Source: Candidatus Hydrogenedentota bacterium
GTDB taxonomy: Bacteria > Hydrogenedentota > Hydrogenedentia > Hydrogenedentales > JAEUWI01
Length of the DNA stretch: 41,641 nucleotides
Direction of reading: 5' to 3'
Assembly (NCBI GenBank): GCA_030432675.1
Contig: JAUIMA010000003.1
Coordinates: 1-41,641 of the forward strand
The notes beneath the pieces were generated by a model, which was not told the DNA's origin, did not search any database, and worked only from the letters and a program-made list of their open reading frames with translations. Position 1 is the stretch's first letter, and each line of letters starts with the position of its first letter. Positions 17,319-27,919 of this stretch are shown here, piece after piece. The translations under genes were made by a program, and so were the position numbers.

Positions 17319-19271
17319 TCACGGTCCGAAATTTCGGGTCACGGTCGACTTGCCAGAGAGAATGTCACCCATACGTTTCCGGAGGCTTGAGCGGAGCTTC
17401 GCGCCGTTGGTCGTAAGGTCAAAGGACTCCGGCCCTGCTCCCGGGTAGAATCCTGCTGGCAGCGAGAGTTCTTTTCGGGAAACCCGCTCCCAGAGAATCT
17501 GAAGGTATTCGTAGTCTTCCAATCCATCCCGAAACGCGAATAGCCGCCGGGTGGGATAGAGGCCTTCGTGTCCTTGCCCGACCAAGGCACCTGACCCCGC
17601 CTCGGGGGCGTTCAAAACAGGACCCAAGACACCATGAAACCCCAATGTCCAACAACGCCACGGCATGGCCCGTGTGGCCCTCCCTTGCCCTGCCTGCCAC
17701 GGAGAACCGGTGCATGGAGTGGCATCGAGCCAAGGCGACTGCGCGGGAACGGCAATTTGGATGGTCTCCAGGGCGGGATTGTTGAAAAGCACCTCAGCAA
17801 CGGACGGAAAGGCCCCATCCTCCGAGGGCCTGTCAAAGCGAATGCGCACGGCGAGGCACTCCCGGGGATAACGAAACGATCCACGTGCGATGTTTCGGCC
17901 CAAAGGACTCATCTCCACGTCAACGTCCCAGTCCACCGTCGCATGGGTAAACTCACCCGGAATATAGGCGGTCTCTACCTCGATTCCTTCCCAGGCACTT
18001 TCGTTGCCATGCAACACCGTCAGGTCGGCCAGTCGAAAATGGGTCCGAAACGTCATCTCCAGCCAGGGAATGGGCACGTTCGCCGAAGCCCTGGCCTGCC
18101 AATGGGTCACCTCGCTACCGTCCACGACTTCCGATGCCAGCGTCTGATACGTACCCGTTGCATCGGGTGCACCTACACTGCCGAGGCAGACGGCGATGTT
18201 CTCCTGCGCATAGTGTGTCAGTGATTGGCCGGAAGCCAGACGACTGAGGATAGCGGGGTCCGTCTGCACGGGGAGTGCCCAGATTTCTGCGTAGCGTTCA
18301 AAATACGGATGGGCTGGTGCCGCGAGGATACGCTGCACGTGCTCATCGGCCCGGGAGAATCGGGCATAACCCTGACGAAGCGCATGCCACGTTTCGCGGG
18401 GACCAAAGGCTGCAGGTTGGGCAACGCGCTTTAATGTTCCAGCGACGGCAGGCAAACGGGCCTGGGTCTTATACAATTGAAGTTGCAATCCATCCTGAGG
18501 CTCCGTGACGGTAGGTTCGGGAAAATGGGCCAGCATGGTCCCTTCGCGCCCTCCCACGTCGACGAGGTTCGCCGTCCCGGTTGCGCTCACATAGTTCCGA
18601 TGGGCCTGCAGGTCGGCCTCATCCGCACGGGCTCCCGCTGAAAGGGTATCGAACCATACCCGATAGGCGATGTCCAGCTCCTGCAAGGTATCGTACACCG
18701 GAATCCAAGCGTCCACATCCGAAAAGGAACGATTGTACGCACTGGCGAGGGCGTGAAGGTCTACATCGAACAGCGTGGCGAGACTCCGTGCTTCCGGTAG
18801 CGCAAACTCATATACTACAAAGGGGAAATCTCGGACGGCTTCTTTGCCCCCATCGAACTCCAGTCGGAGCTCCGCGCGGTAATCGCCCGCTTCCTGGTCG
18901 TTCGGAACGTCCAACTGAAGCAGAATCTCCATGGAATCGTTGGCGCGAATGGCAACCGGTGTGAGGGGGACGAGCGCATCTGCCACCTGTGGCGCGCCAG
19001 GAAGAAAATCAGTGGCGATCGCTGGACGATACCACGTGGCCGGTGGTCCTTCCTTCCCCTTCCAAACAAGCTGCCACGAAACGAGTTCCCGGTCCCGCTT
19101 TTCCGGGGCAAGGTGAAGTGCGATTACCTCATACTCACCGGCCGCCGCCGCCGGAGCAATGCCAGAATCCCGGGCCAACCCGTCGCCATCCGGTTCGAGA
19201 TAGTCCTCAGAAAGGGTAAAAGAGGCGCCGGAGATAAAAAGCAACAGAGAGACTGCTGTTGAGCCAAACAT
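17319..19271 (-). CDS. GH123-like / DUF4091-domain secreted protein with an inserted discoidin (F5/8)-like domain
   Basis: Signal peptide; DVPNDQEAGDYRAEL..V YEFALP; VDGSEVTHW...WLEMTF (F5/8-like); C-terminal PTRRLFAFRDGLEDYEYL typical of DUF4091. Confidence 0.7.
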   Translation of the reverse strand: MFGSTAVSLLLFISGASFTLSEDYLEPDGDGLARDSGIAPAAAAGEYEVIALHLAPEKRDRELVSWQLVWKGKEGPPATWYRPAIATDFLPGAPQVADALVPLTPVAIRANDSMEILLQLDVPNDQEAGDYRAELRLEFDGGKEAVRDFPFVVYEFALPEARSLATLFDVDLHALASAYNRSFSDVDAWIPVYDTLQELDIAYRVWFDTLSAGARADEADLQAHRNYVSATGTANLVDVGGREGTMLAHFPEPTVTEPQDGLQLQLYKTQARLPAVAGTLKRVAQPAAFGPRETWHALRQGYARFSRADEHVQRILAAPAHPYFERYAEIWALPVQTDPAILSRLASGQSLTHYAQENIAVCLGSVGAPDATGTYQTLASEVVDGSEVTHWQARASANVPIPWLEMTFRTHFRLADLTVLHGNESAWEGIEVETAYIPGEFTHATVDWDVDVEMSPLGRNIARGSFRYPRECLAVRIRFDRPSEDGAFPSVAEVLFNNPALETIQIAVPAQSPWLDATPCTGSPWQAGQGRATRAMPWRCWTLGFHGVLGPVLNAPEAGSGALVGQGHEGLYPTRRLFAFRDGLEDYEYLQILWERVSRKELSLPAGFYPGAGPESFDLTTNGAKLRSSLRKRMGDILSGKSTVTRNFGP

Positions 19272-19301
19272 CAATGTGAAAACCCCAGAATAGTAAAACG
19301 T

Positions 19302-19336
19302 AAAAAATAGCCGAGGACCAATCAGTCCTCGGCTAT
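19302..19336 (-). terminator. Rho-independent terminator of the prepilin-like gene
   Basis: 12-bp stem ATAGCCGAGGAC / GTCCTCGGCTAT with an A-run on the left (T-run on the minus strand). Confidence 0.88.
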
Positions 19337-19373
19337 ATCGTACACCAAGTGATGCAATCTCGCTTAACGCGAA

Positions 19374-20381
19374 TTAGAACAGGGATACCAAGACGCCGAA
19401 GGCGCGGGTGGTCGGGAAGTCAGAAGGATACTTCTGAAACTCGACGTGCCCGTCCATGAAGAGCCAGTTGGAGCCGCCGGGAACGTGGTTGTAGTCCACC
19501 GTATCGAGGCTGACCAAATCACCCAGAACCGGAATCGTGCTCTGCGCCTGGGCCGATGCGCCCGGGTTGTTGATGTCCGTGATAAAGAAGCGCTCGATAC
19601 CTTCGCGAGTACGTTGCACTTCGATACCCGAGTCATCGATATTCTCGTCATAGACATTTTCGAAATTAACCGGATCAGCCACCCAGGCACCGATGTTGGC
19701 GGCGACCGTGTTCTGAAGTGCAGCTACGAAACCGGCCTGAATATAGGGTCCAACTGCCGCCGGGCCCGCTGGAATGGCACCGTCATTGGGGTCCACGCCA
19801 TCGACCAGGTAGTCGTTGCCATTCTTGCCGTTCATCGCCCATCCGAGATAGAGATAGGATTCTGCCGTCAGCCCGCAGGGGTCAACCGTGCCTTCCAAAG
19901 GCTGGCCGGCTTCTTGTTCGTACCAGTAGCCCGCTCCCTCGAGGACTTCCGTACCACCACCATCTGAGGGACAGACCATCGTGTTGACATCCGTGAGATA
20001 CTCTGGATAAACGAGGGGGCCATCAAAAACAAATTCGGTATCGGGTGAATGGCCGCCCGGCTGGCCCAATCCGGGAGGAGCCGGGTTGGGATACTGACAC
20101 TCCAGATCATTTGGACGCACATAGCTGGCAGTTGAGCCACCACCTGCCGGTGAGCTAATCACCCAGGACTGGCGTTGGGCCATGGGCGGAAACTTTTCGC
20201 CCTTGGATTCGTTCGCGTACATTTTGAAGACTACGCCCAGCTGCTTGAGATTGTTTTGACAACTGGCACGTCGGGCCGCTTCGCGTGCCCGGGACAGCGC
20301 CGGAAGTAAGATAGCGGCAAGAATGCCGATGATCGCAATAACGACCAGCAGTTCGATCAGGGTGAAACCTTGTTTTTTCAT
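19374..20381 (-). CDS. Prepilin-type N-terminal cleavage/methylation protein, DUF1559 family with H-X9-DG C-terminal motif
   Basis: G|[42 protein letters not shown]; C-terminal [18 protein letters not shown]; AGGAGG upstream. Confidence 0.95.
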   Translation of the reverse strand: MKKQGFTLIELLVVIAIIGILAAILLPALSRAREAARRASCQNNLKQLGVVFKMYANESKGEKFPPMAQRQSWVISSPAGGGSTASYVRPNDLECQYPNPAPPGLGQPGGHSPDTEFVFDGPLVYPEYLTDVNTMVCPSDGGGTEVLEGAGYWYEQEAGQPLEGTVDPCGLTAESYLYLGWAMNGKNGNDYLVDGVDPNDGAIPAGPAAVGPYIQAGFVAALQNTVAANIGAWVADPVNFENVYDENIDDSGIEVQRTREGIERFFITDINNPGASAQAQSTIPVLGDLVSLDTVDYNHVPGGSNWLFMDGHVEFQKYPSDFPTTRAFGVLVSLF

Positions 20382-20596
20382 CGTATTCAAAGCCTCCTAA
20401 GCCTTATGAAGATGAATGGGGTCTACAACAAAACACTTGGATATTGACGGGTCATAGCGTTGGGTCCAAATCTCCTTTCGCCACGTGGCGGTTTTGCTCA
20501 CTGTGTTTTAATTCGCGCCGAACCACACCCTAATGTCATGAGAGCACTACTTAACGTCCGGTATAGAGTTACTATGTAGTAGGCGCTTACATAATC

Positions 20597-20625
20597 AATG
20601 TATCCCACGCAATAGGTTTTGTCAA
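20597..20625 (-). promoter_or_regulatory. Sigma70-type promoter for the prepilin-like gene
   Basis: TTGACA (20625-20620)-N17-TACATT (20602-20597) in an AT-rich intergenic region. Confidence 0.6.
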
Positions 20626-20832
20626 CGGGACAAAGACGGCTATTCCCACTATTCTCATTACAATCCCCCAGATCGCGCAAATATCACGTGTTATTCATGA
20701 TTCCGCAAGCACTTCTTCACTTATTTCTGTGTCACTTAGAGAATGTGCTCCAATATGAAATTATTTCTGGCAAGAGGAGCCCGAGAGCGTGCAATACAAT
20801 CTGTAGCTGCGTAATTTTACGCAGTCGAAGCC

Positions 20833-21228
20833 TCACGTGGCGGAAACCTGTACCCAGACCCGGCGTCGGCGAGGACCATCAAATTCGCAGAAATAGATGG
20901 ATTGCCACGTACCGAACTGCAGTTTACCCTCGCGGACGAAGATCATTTCTGAGAAGCCCATCATGCTGGCCTTGACGTGGGCGGCCGCATTCCCTTCCGC
21001 GTGGGCGTAGCCCCCCTCCCATGGCACGGCCCGCTCCAGAATGAGTTCCATGTCGGCGACCACATCGGGATCGGCGTTTTCATTGATCGTTATTCCAGCA
21101 GTCGTATGGGGCACGAAGAGCTGCACCATGCCGTCACGGATACCAGACGCATCCACGCAGCGCTGAACAGCCGCATCGATATTTACGAACTCCGTGTGCT
21201 GGTGGGTGACCACTTCCAATTCCTTCAT
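20833..21228 (-). CDS. yjbQ: UPF0047 / secondary thiamine-phosphate synthase family protein
   Basis: HTTAGITINENADPDV, HAEGNAAAHVKAS, GTWQSIYFCEFDGPR. Confidence 0.93.
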   Translation of the reverse strand: MKELEVVTHQHTEFVNIDAAVQRCVDASGIRDGMVQLFVPHTTAGITINENADPDVVADMELILERAVPWEGGYAHAEGNAAAHVKASMMGFSEMIFVREGKLQFGTWQSIYFCEFDGPRRRRVWVQVSAT

Positions 21229-21235
21229 CGATGAC

Positions 21236-22930
21236 TCAAAGCTCCATTTGATTCAAGTTGCGCAGCCCCAGACGCATTGGCAACCAGGTGCAGAGAACCC
21301 CTAACGCCGTGATGGTTACGACGGCCGCGGCAAGCGCCCATTGAAACTGCTGCTCCGTGTGAAAAAGGCCCAGCACCTTCCACTGTAGTACCAGTACCTG
21401 AAGCGCGACCAGGAAAATAACAAACGCCACGCTGGATAAAAGGTTCAGGGTTCCGCCCATGCCAGACACAATTCGGGCCGGATTGTCTTCGGTGAACGTC
21501 GGATACAGGGCCCCAAATCCTACGGCCATACCCGAAAGCCCCATATTGGCCACGAGCACACTGTAGACGGTCAGTCCATAGTGGAGGGGCTGCAAGGCCA
21601 GCATATACCCCGAGAGCAAGGCCAGTCCCACCGTAAATGCGGAAGTGAGTGAAACACTCAGCCAGAATTTTTGCCAAATCAATTGGCGGAACGTCAGCGG
21701 CGCGAGTCCCAAAATCCAGATTCGCCGGCCCTCCAGGCTGATCAAGGGAAAAACGAAGCGGCTTGTGAGCGTGGCCACGATTAGCGTGACGGCCCCAACA
21801 TTCAGACAGGCAATCCACCCGCGCCAGAACTCGTTTTCATAGAGCCTCGTGGTATTCCGAATGTTCGCGATATAGATGGCCATGATGCCGAAAAAAATGG
21901 CAAATTGAGACCATTGGGTAGGGTCCCGCCAGAACAACTTGATGTCCTTGTGGAACAGGGCCCGATAGGGTTCCCTTACGGGTGACAAGACACGGTCCAG
22001 CCAGGCCAGCGCGCCCTTATCCATGGGCTTGATGCGCTGCTTGTCTTGTCCCATAAGATAGGACCACCCCGAATAGAAAATAAGGTCGGCCAGTCTCCCG
22101 GCGAGAAAGACGACAAAGAGGGCCGTGGACAGGAGCATGCCGAACCAGAAAAGGGCCTCGGTGTAATTGCCATCTCCGGCCATACGCAGGCCCTGGGCCG
22201 CCCAGTGGCTGGGTAAGAACGGTGACTGGGTACGATCCATGGCCTGCAGAATTGCGGGCATGGTGGTGGACTCCGAGAATCGCGCTTCCCGAATAACCGT
22301 TCGGATGTAGGCGAAAAAAGAGAGAACGGCGACGGCCCCCATGACCGCAATCGTCAACGTATTCATCCGAGGGAAAAAACGAACCAGTAGCATGGTGATT
22401 GCCGAACCCAGACACGCCGGAATGACAACGAAGGGTAGAAAGAAGAAGACAATCGCCACATAAAAAACAGCGTTCGCCTGGGTATTCCACGCGTAGGCCA
22501 CCATCATCGGCGAACCCAGGTAGGCCAACGACCATGAACTGAACGACACACTCTCGATAAATCGCGCGTAGAAGAAGTCGGTATAGCTGATAGGCCCCTG
22601 GAGAAGGTAGACCACTTCCTTCGAGCGATAGAGCGTGGAGAAAGCCACCAACGTGTTGGAGAAAACCAGCAGGACGAATATAGAAAGGGCAAAGATATTC
22701 AAACTTTGCCGTAAGAGGGCCTTTCCAAACACAAATTCACCACCACCCTGACCGCCGAAGTAAATCAACCACCCAAACCCGGTATCGAAAAGGAACAAGG
22801 CCGCAAACCAAAGAGCGAGCGCGGCGAAAGTCAATACGCCGACTTTCAATTTCGATTGGTGCCGGACCGAGGCAATCTGGTGTCCGGCAATCCGGGCCTT
22901 CATGAGGATAACCGTCCAGACCTGATTCAT
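21236..22930 (-). CDS. Putative ABC-2-type exporter permease (about 12-14 TM)
   Basis: Highly hydrophobic, 564 aa; LPSHW, KDIKLFWRD, SLEGRRIWIL motifs; ATGA overlap with the ATPase gene. Confidence 0.85.
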   Translation of the reverse strand: MNQVWTVILMKARIAGHQIASVRHQSKLKVGVLTFAALALWFAALFLFDTGFGWLIYFGGQGGGEFVFGKALLRQSLNIFALSIFVLLVFSNTLVAFSTLYRSKEVVYLLQGPISYTDFFYARFIESVSFSSWSLAYLGSPMMVAYAWNTQANAVFYVAIVFFFLPFVVIPACLGSAITMLLVRFFPRMNTLTIAVMGAVAVLSFFAYIRTVIREARFSESTTMPAILQAMDRTQSPFLPSHWAAQGLRMAGDGNYTEALFWFGMLLSTALFVVFLAGRLADLIFYSGWSYLMGQDKQRIKPMDKGALAWLDRVLSPVREPYRALFHKDIKLFWRDPTQWSQFAIFFGIMAIYIANIRNTTRLYENEFWRGWIACLNVGAVTLIVATLTSRFVFPLISLEGRRIWILGLAPLTFRQLIWQKFWLSVSLTSAFTVGLALLSGYMLALQPLHYGLTVYSVLVANMGLSGMAVGFGALYPTFTEDNPARIVSGMGGTLNLLSSVAFVIFLVALQVLVLQWKVLGLFHTEQQFQWALAAAVVTITALGVLCTWLPMRLGLRNLNQMEL

Positions 22931-23670
22931 TGGGCGGGCACTTCCTCGTCGGTGCGGGTCAGGGTCAGGAAGATATCCTCAAGCGAGCCGGGGCGTTCAT
23001 GCAGCGCCTTGATTTCCTCCACACTCCCCAGCTGCAGGAGCTTGCCGTGGTTGATAATCCCAATTTTGTCGGCCACTTCCTCCGCGATGCTAAGCGTGTG
23101 GGTCGACATGAACACCGTGAGGCCCTCCGTGCGAGTTTTCTCCTTGAGAAAGTCCTTTACAAAGCGGATGTTTTTGGGATCAAGTCCCACCCACGGCTCA
23201 TCCACGATGACCACTTTGGGATCGTGCAAGAAACACGAGGCGAAGGAAAGTTTCTGCCGCATCCCGTGGCTATAGTCTTCCACGAGCTGATCGCCCACGT
23301 GGGCAATTTCAAACATCTCGAGAAGTTCTTCGCAATGGGTCTGGTAGTAATCTTCCGGCACCTGATAGAGTCCGGCAACAAAGCGCATAAACTCCCGCCC
23401 CGTAAGCTTGTCATAGAGAAAGGGGTGGTCGGGCACATAGCCCATGAGCTGTTTAGCCCCGACGGGATCTTTCTGCACGTCAATCCCCCCCACGCAAACC
23501 GTACCTGAACTGGGTCGCAGGAGGCCCGTCATCATTTTGATGGTCGTTGTCTTCCCGGCACCATTGGGGCCAAGAAAACAAAAGAACGTGCCCGACTCGA
23601 TATTCAGGTCCAACGGAGAGACGGCAATCTTTTCACCGAAATGCTTGGTCAACTGCGTGGTTTGGATCAT
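22927..23670 (-). CDS. ABC transporter ATP-binding protein
   Basis: Walker A GPNGAGKTT, signature YSHGM, Walker B IVDEP, H-loop STH. Confidence 0.96.
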   Translation of the reverse strand: MIQTTQLTKHFGEKIAVSPLDLNIESGTFFCFLGPNGAGKTTTIKMMTGLLRPSSGTVCVGGIDVQKDPVGAKQLMGYVPDHPFLYDKLTGREFMRFVAGLYQVPEDYYQTHCEELLEMFEIAHVGDQLVEDYSHGMRQKLSFASCFLHDPKVVIVDEPWVGLDPKNIRFVKDFLKEKTRTEGLTVFMSTHTLSIAEEVADKIGIINHGKLLQLGSVEEIKALHERPGSLEDIFLTLTRTDEEVPAQ

Positions 23671-23717
23671 AGAATTCCTTCCCGCCGCCGGGGGTTTTTC
23701 CCTGGCTAAACGACCGG

Positions 23718-25199
23718 TTATTCGCAGGCGATGACGTCAAGTTCAATTTGCCCGATAAAGGTAATGAGTTGGGCCCAAGCGCTGATGCTTCCGTTAAGCA
23801 ACTTAATGTGGGTTGCATCGGCCGTCTCCTGGCCCAGCGTCGGGTCCATGGGGTACCACTGTCCCCCCAGATACACTTCCGGCCAGGCGTGGTACCCGAA
23901 TCCGTTCAACACATCACTGTAAACCAGGCCAATGGCGATACGGGTCGGAATGTCCACGGCGCGGGCCAGGGCCGTATAGAGCACCGTATGATCATTACAA
24001 TCTCCCGTGCGTGTACGCAGCACATCCACCGCATTGGGCACACTCAGGACCGGTACCTTTTCGATCTCTTCATAGACCCAAGTGTAGAGCAACCGTGCCT
24101 TGCGGGCGGGATCACGTTCCTCCCCGACGATAGCCCGGGCTTCCGCCTGAATCACCGGGTGATCCGTCGCGACAAAGGCGTCTCCGCCCAGAAAGGCCGA
24201 CATATCCGCCGTAGTGTCCTCCGGTGCTTCTGCAGGAAACCCTTCAGGCTGCTGCATGGTCAACTGATCACCGTCTCGCAGTTGCCAGGGAGGATCGTGG
24301 GGAAACGCTGCTTCTGGTACACCGTTCACGCGGACGCGCAGCCGGGAGGCATCAATTCTTACGGGCTCGCCCGAAGGCACGATGGCCAGACTCTGAATCA
24401 AGTCGCTGTTGGCATCCGGAGTCTCCGCGTCAATCAATTCTTTCGGATCGATTTTTCGGAGGGTAAAACCGAAGGGTGTGCTGGCCTGCAGCACTTCGCC
24501 TGCAGCATCCACCCAGGCCTCACTGGTCATGGCTCCCAACACCGTCTCATAGACCCGCGCCTCCACGGACTCTCCACTGATCTCCAGGGTGTCCATACGG
24601 GTACAGGTAATGGTGGCATCAGCAATTTTCATGGCCACGGGGTCGAAGGATTCCACGGTGGTCGACTCCCCCACCTCCAGAATCGGCATCGAATCAGATG
24701 GCAGTCCCATTCCACTGCCGAGAACGAGGCGGGTGTCTATGGGCAAATCCAAGGGAACCGCTTCCCCACCTGTATCGAGAAAGCCTTTCAAATGCCCATC
24801 GGAAACGGTGCCGCGTAACCCCATGTGGGTATCTGAGGCGTCCATCGAAAAGTCGAATTCTGCCCGCTCCCCGGACTGTGCCGTCCAGGCATCGCCCGAT
24901 ATATCCATTCCGACGACAGTACCGAATAACGCGGTCTCCAGTGAGGCGTCCAGCAACATCCGATAGCCTGGTATACCGTCCCGAAGTGCTTCTTCACTCC
25001 GCATCCGCAGGTACCCGACACGGGAATCCCCGTTCAGATATATCCCCATCCACTGGTCACGGGCGACAAAGGCCCCCGCCCCGCCAGAGGCTTCCGGGCT
25101 TGCGCTCCCCCCGAATTCCCGCTGAAGGAATAGTCCCATCATAACGAGCCAGAAGCCCGTTATGAGGAGCGCGATTATACGACGTTGCTTCCGCAACAC
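23718..25199 (-). CDS. Membrane-anchored transglutaminase-like domain protein
   Basis: N-terminal TM helix; catalytic triad motifs GDCNDH, YHAWPEV and MDPT. The TTG start overlaps the end of secA. Confidence 0.9.
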   Translation of the reverse strand: MLRKQRRIIALLITGFWLVMMGLFLQREFGGSASPEASGGAGAFVARDQWMGIYLNGDSRVGYLRMRSEEALRDGIPGYRMLLDASLETALFGTVVGMDISGDAWTAQSGERAEFDFSMDASDTHMGLRGTVSDGHLKGFLDTGGEAVPLDLPIDTRLVLGSGMGLPSDSMPILEVGESTTVESFDPVAMKIADATITCTRMDTLEISGESVEARVYETVLGAMTSEAWVDAAGEVLQASTPFGFTLRKIDPKELIDAETPDANSDLIQSLAIVPSGEPVRIDASRLRVRVNGVPEAAFPHDPPWQLRDGDQLTMQQPEGFPAEAPEDTTADMSAFLGGDAFVATDHPVIQAEARAIVGEERDPARKARLLYTWVYEEIEKVPVLSVPNAVDVLRTRTGDCNDHTVLYTALARAVDIPTRIAIGLVYSDVLNGFGYHAWPEVYLGGQWYPMDPTLGQETADATHIKLLNGSISAWAQLITFIGQIELDVIACE

Positions 25200-27919
25200 T
25201 TCTTGTACTTCTTACCGCTACCGCAGGGGCACTTTTCATTGGGACCCACTTTAGTCTCGGCGCGGATAGGTTTGGGTTTGGCCTTGGAGCGAGCCTTCGT
25301 TTTGACCGTAGACTCAGAACCCGTTGCGGGCTCGGCCTCATCGGGCCCAGCCAAATCGAAACGAGTCGTGTCAAAGCTCGCAAAGCTACTGTCGGCCTGT
25401 TTATCGGCCGCCACATAGCTATATTGATTCAGCTGAGCGAAGGGGTCCTCCTGCTGGGTCAGGGTTCCGCGTTGAATACTCGCAGCCCGCTTCTTGCGGA
25501 CGTCCGGGTCGGTCAGGCGGAACAACGTGGTAATTACGCTTTCCTCAATGGACTTCACCATGTTCTGGAACATCTCGAAGCCTTCCTGCTTATACTCAAG
25601 CAGGGGATCTTTCTGACCGAAGGCACGCAGCCGAACGGATTCCCGGAGATAGTCCATCTCATACAGGTGGTCGATCCACTTGTCATCTACGGCGCGCAGG
25701 AGCGCCATGAGCTCGAGGTCATGCACCCGTTTCCGGGCAATCCCCGCAAAATCAATCGTCGACTCGTCGCCACCGATTTCCTGACGGAAACTCTCACGAA
25801 TTTCTTCGGCCATGGCATCTTCACGACGCTGATAGTCGGCAAGCACCTGGTCATAGAGTTGGGCCACCAGATCGCCGCCCTCTTCCACCTCAAGGGTTAC
25901 GGGGAAGTGAAAGAGCACTTCCATGCGTTTTTCCAGGCCTTCGAGATCCCACTCCGCAGCAGGCACCGCCTCCGGCGCGTACTCGTCCACGGTATCGGCG
26001 ATGGTATTTTCAAACATCTCACGGAGCTGTTCCGTCACATCATTGTCTTCGAGCACGTTGCGGCGCATGGCATAAATATACTTACGCTGCTTGTCCATCA
26101 CCTGGTCATAGTCGAGCACGTGCTTCCGACTCTCGAAGTGAAACTCTTCGACCTGACGCTGGGAACGTTCAATGGTACGGGTCACCATGCGCTGACTGAG
26201 AGGCTCTTCATCCATCTCTTCGCCGCCCATGAAATCAACGAGTTTCTTGACGCGATCGCCGCCAAACAAACGGGCCACATCATCTTCCAGACTGACATAG
26301 AAGCGGGTCGTTCCCGGGTCACCCTGGCGACCGCAACGACCCCGAAGCTGGTTGTCGATGCGTCGGGACTCGTGGCGTTCTGTACCGATGATGAACAGGC
26401 CGCCATTTTCCCGGATACCTTCCGCGAGCTTGATGTCGGTACCGCGACCGGCCATATTGGTGGCAATCGTGACGGCACCGGCTTTACCCGCGTTAGAGAT
26501 GATTGCCGCTTCCCGCTCATGGTGCTTGGCGTTCAGGACCTGATAATTTTCGACGCCCTCTTCCTCAAGCATACTGGCAAGCAACTCGGATTTCTCAATC
26601 GACACCGTGCCCACGAGGGTCGGGCGATTCTGCTCCTGTACCTTCTTGATATCATTGATGACGTAGCGGAACTTACCCTTCTCGGTAGCGAAAATAAGGT
26701 CTGTTTCGTCCACGCGAGCGGCAGGCAGGTTGGTGGGAATCTGGGTCACCTCGAGACCGTACACCTTGTCAAACTCGGCGGCCTCTGTGACCGCCGTACC
26801 GGTCATGCCGGCCAGTTTGTCATAGAGACGGAAGTAGTTCTGATAGGTGATGCTCGCCACAGTCTGAGACTCAAAACGAAGCGGTACGCGCTCTTTGGCT
26901 TCCAGCGCCTGGTGCAGGCCGTCCGAATAGCGCCGCCCCTCCATGGTGCGCCCCGTGAACTCATCGACGATAAGCACTTCGTTTTCTTTGACCATGTAGT
27001 CTTTATCGCGCTTGAAAAAATTGTAGGCTTTAAGCGACTGCTCGATCATATGGGCCCAACCGAGGGTCTCGTCGGTGTAGAGGTCTTCAATGCCCAGCAG
27101 GCGCTCCACCACTTCCATCCCCTCATCGGTAAGGATAATGTGGCGCTGCTTCTCATCCATTTCGAAGTGTTCATCCTTGCGGAGTTTCCGCACGGCTTCG
27201 TCCACTTTCAGATAGAGGTCGCTGCTCTTCTCCGGACGGCCCGAAATAATCAGGGGTGTACGGGCTTCGTCAATAAGAATGGAATCCACTTCGTCGACGA
27301 TGGCGAAGTTTAATTCGCGCTGCACCCGGTGATCGGGGTGTTTCGCCATGTTATCGCGCAGATAATCGAAGCCAAACTCGTTGTTCGTACCGTAGGTAAT
27401 ATCAGCGCGATAGCCCACTTTTCGTTCGAGGTGGTCCATGTCCGATTGAATCAGACCGACGGTGAGACCCAGGAATTCATAGATGGGGCGCATCCACTCC
27501 GCGTCACGCTGGGCGAGGTAATCGTTCACGGTGACCACGTGGACACCACGACCGGTGAGTGCATTGAGGTAAACAGGAAGAATACCCACGAGGGTTTTAC
27601 CTTCACCCGTGGTCATTTCCGCGATGTTGCCCCGGTGCAGCGTCGTGCCGCCAATAATCTGCACATCGAAGGGGCGCATGCCCGCGACTCGTTTCGCCGC
27701 TTCCCGTGCCACAGCGAAGGCTTCGGGAAGCAAGTCTTCCAGACTGTCCCCGTCGGCAAGGCGCTGCTTGAACAGCCCCGTCTGCTTGCGCAATTCATCG
27801 TCCGTCATGCGGGTGACGCGGGCTTCCTCTGCACATACGGCGGCAACCACGGGCAGGAAACGCTTCACTTCACGGTCTTTTTCAGTCCCGAAAAGGGCTG
27901 TCAGTACTTTCTGAAACAC
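25175..27919 (-). CDS. secA: Preprotein translocase ATPase SecA
   Basis: EMTTGEGKT, GTNNEFGFDYLRDNM, DEVDSILIDEARTPLIISG, ATNMAGRGTDI, ERHESRRIDNQLRGRCGRQGDPG, and SEC-C motif CPCGSGKKYKKCC. Confidence 0.99.
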   Translation of the reverse strand: MFQKVLTALFGTEKDREVKRFLPVVAAVCAEEARVTRMTDDELRKQTGLFKQRLADGDSLEDLLPEAFAVAREAAKRVAGMRPFDVQIIGGTTLHRGNIAEMTTGEGKTLVGILPVYLNALTGRGVHVVTVNDYLAQRDAEWMRPIYEFLGLTVGLIQSDMDHLERKVGYRADITYGTNNEFGFDYLRDNMAKHPDHRVQRELNFAIVDEVDSILIDEARTPLIISGRPEKSSDLYLKVDEAVRKLRKDEHFEMDEKQRHIILTDEGMEVVERLLGIEDLYTDETLGWAHMIEQSLKAYNFFKRDKDYMVKENEVLIVDEFTGRTMEGRRYSDGLHQALEAKERVPLRFESQTVASITYQNYFRLYDKLAGMTGTAVTEAAEFDKVYGLEVTQIPTNLPAARVDETDLIFATEKGKFRYVINDIKKVQEQNRPTLVGTVSIEKSELLASMLEEEGVENYQVLNAKHHEREAAIISNAGKAGAVTIATNMAGRGTDIKLAEGIRENGGLFIIGTERHESRRIDNQLRGRCGRQGDPGTTRFYVSLEDDVARLFGGDRVKKLVDFMGGEEMDEEPLSQRMVTRTIERSQRQVEEFHFESRKHVLDYDQVMDKQRKYIYAMRRNVLEDNDVTEQLREMFENTIADTVDEYAPEAVPAAEWDLEGLEKRMEVLFHFPVTLEVEEGGDLVAQLYDQVLADYQRREDAMAEEIRESFRQEIGGDESTIDFAGIARKRVHDLELMALLRAVDDKWIDHLYEMDYLRESVRLRAFGQKDPLLEYKQEGFEMFQNMVKSIEESVITTLFRLTDPDVRKKRAASIQRGTLTQQEDPFAQLNQYSYVAADKQADSSFASFDTTRFDLAGPDEAEPATGSESTVKTKARSKAKPKPIRAETKVGPNEKCPCGSGKKYKKCCGSNVV

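Noticed and set aside
25424-27313. 629-aa plus-strand ORF
   Set aside because: Antisense shadow of secA with no recognisable motifs; expected from codon bias in GC-rich genes.
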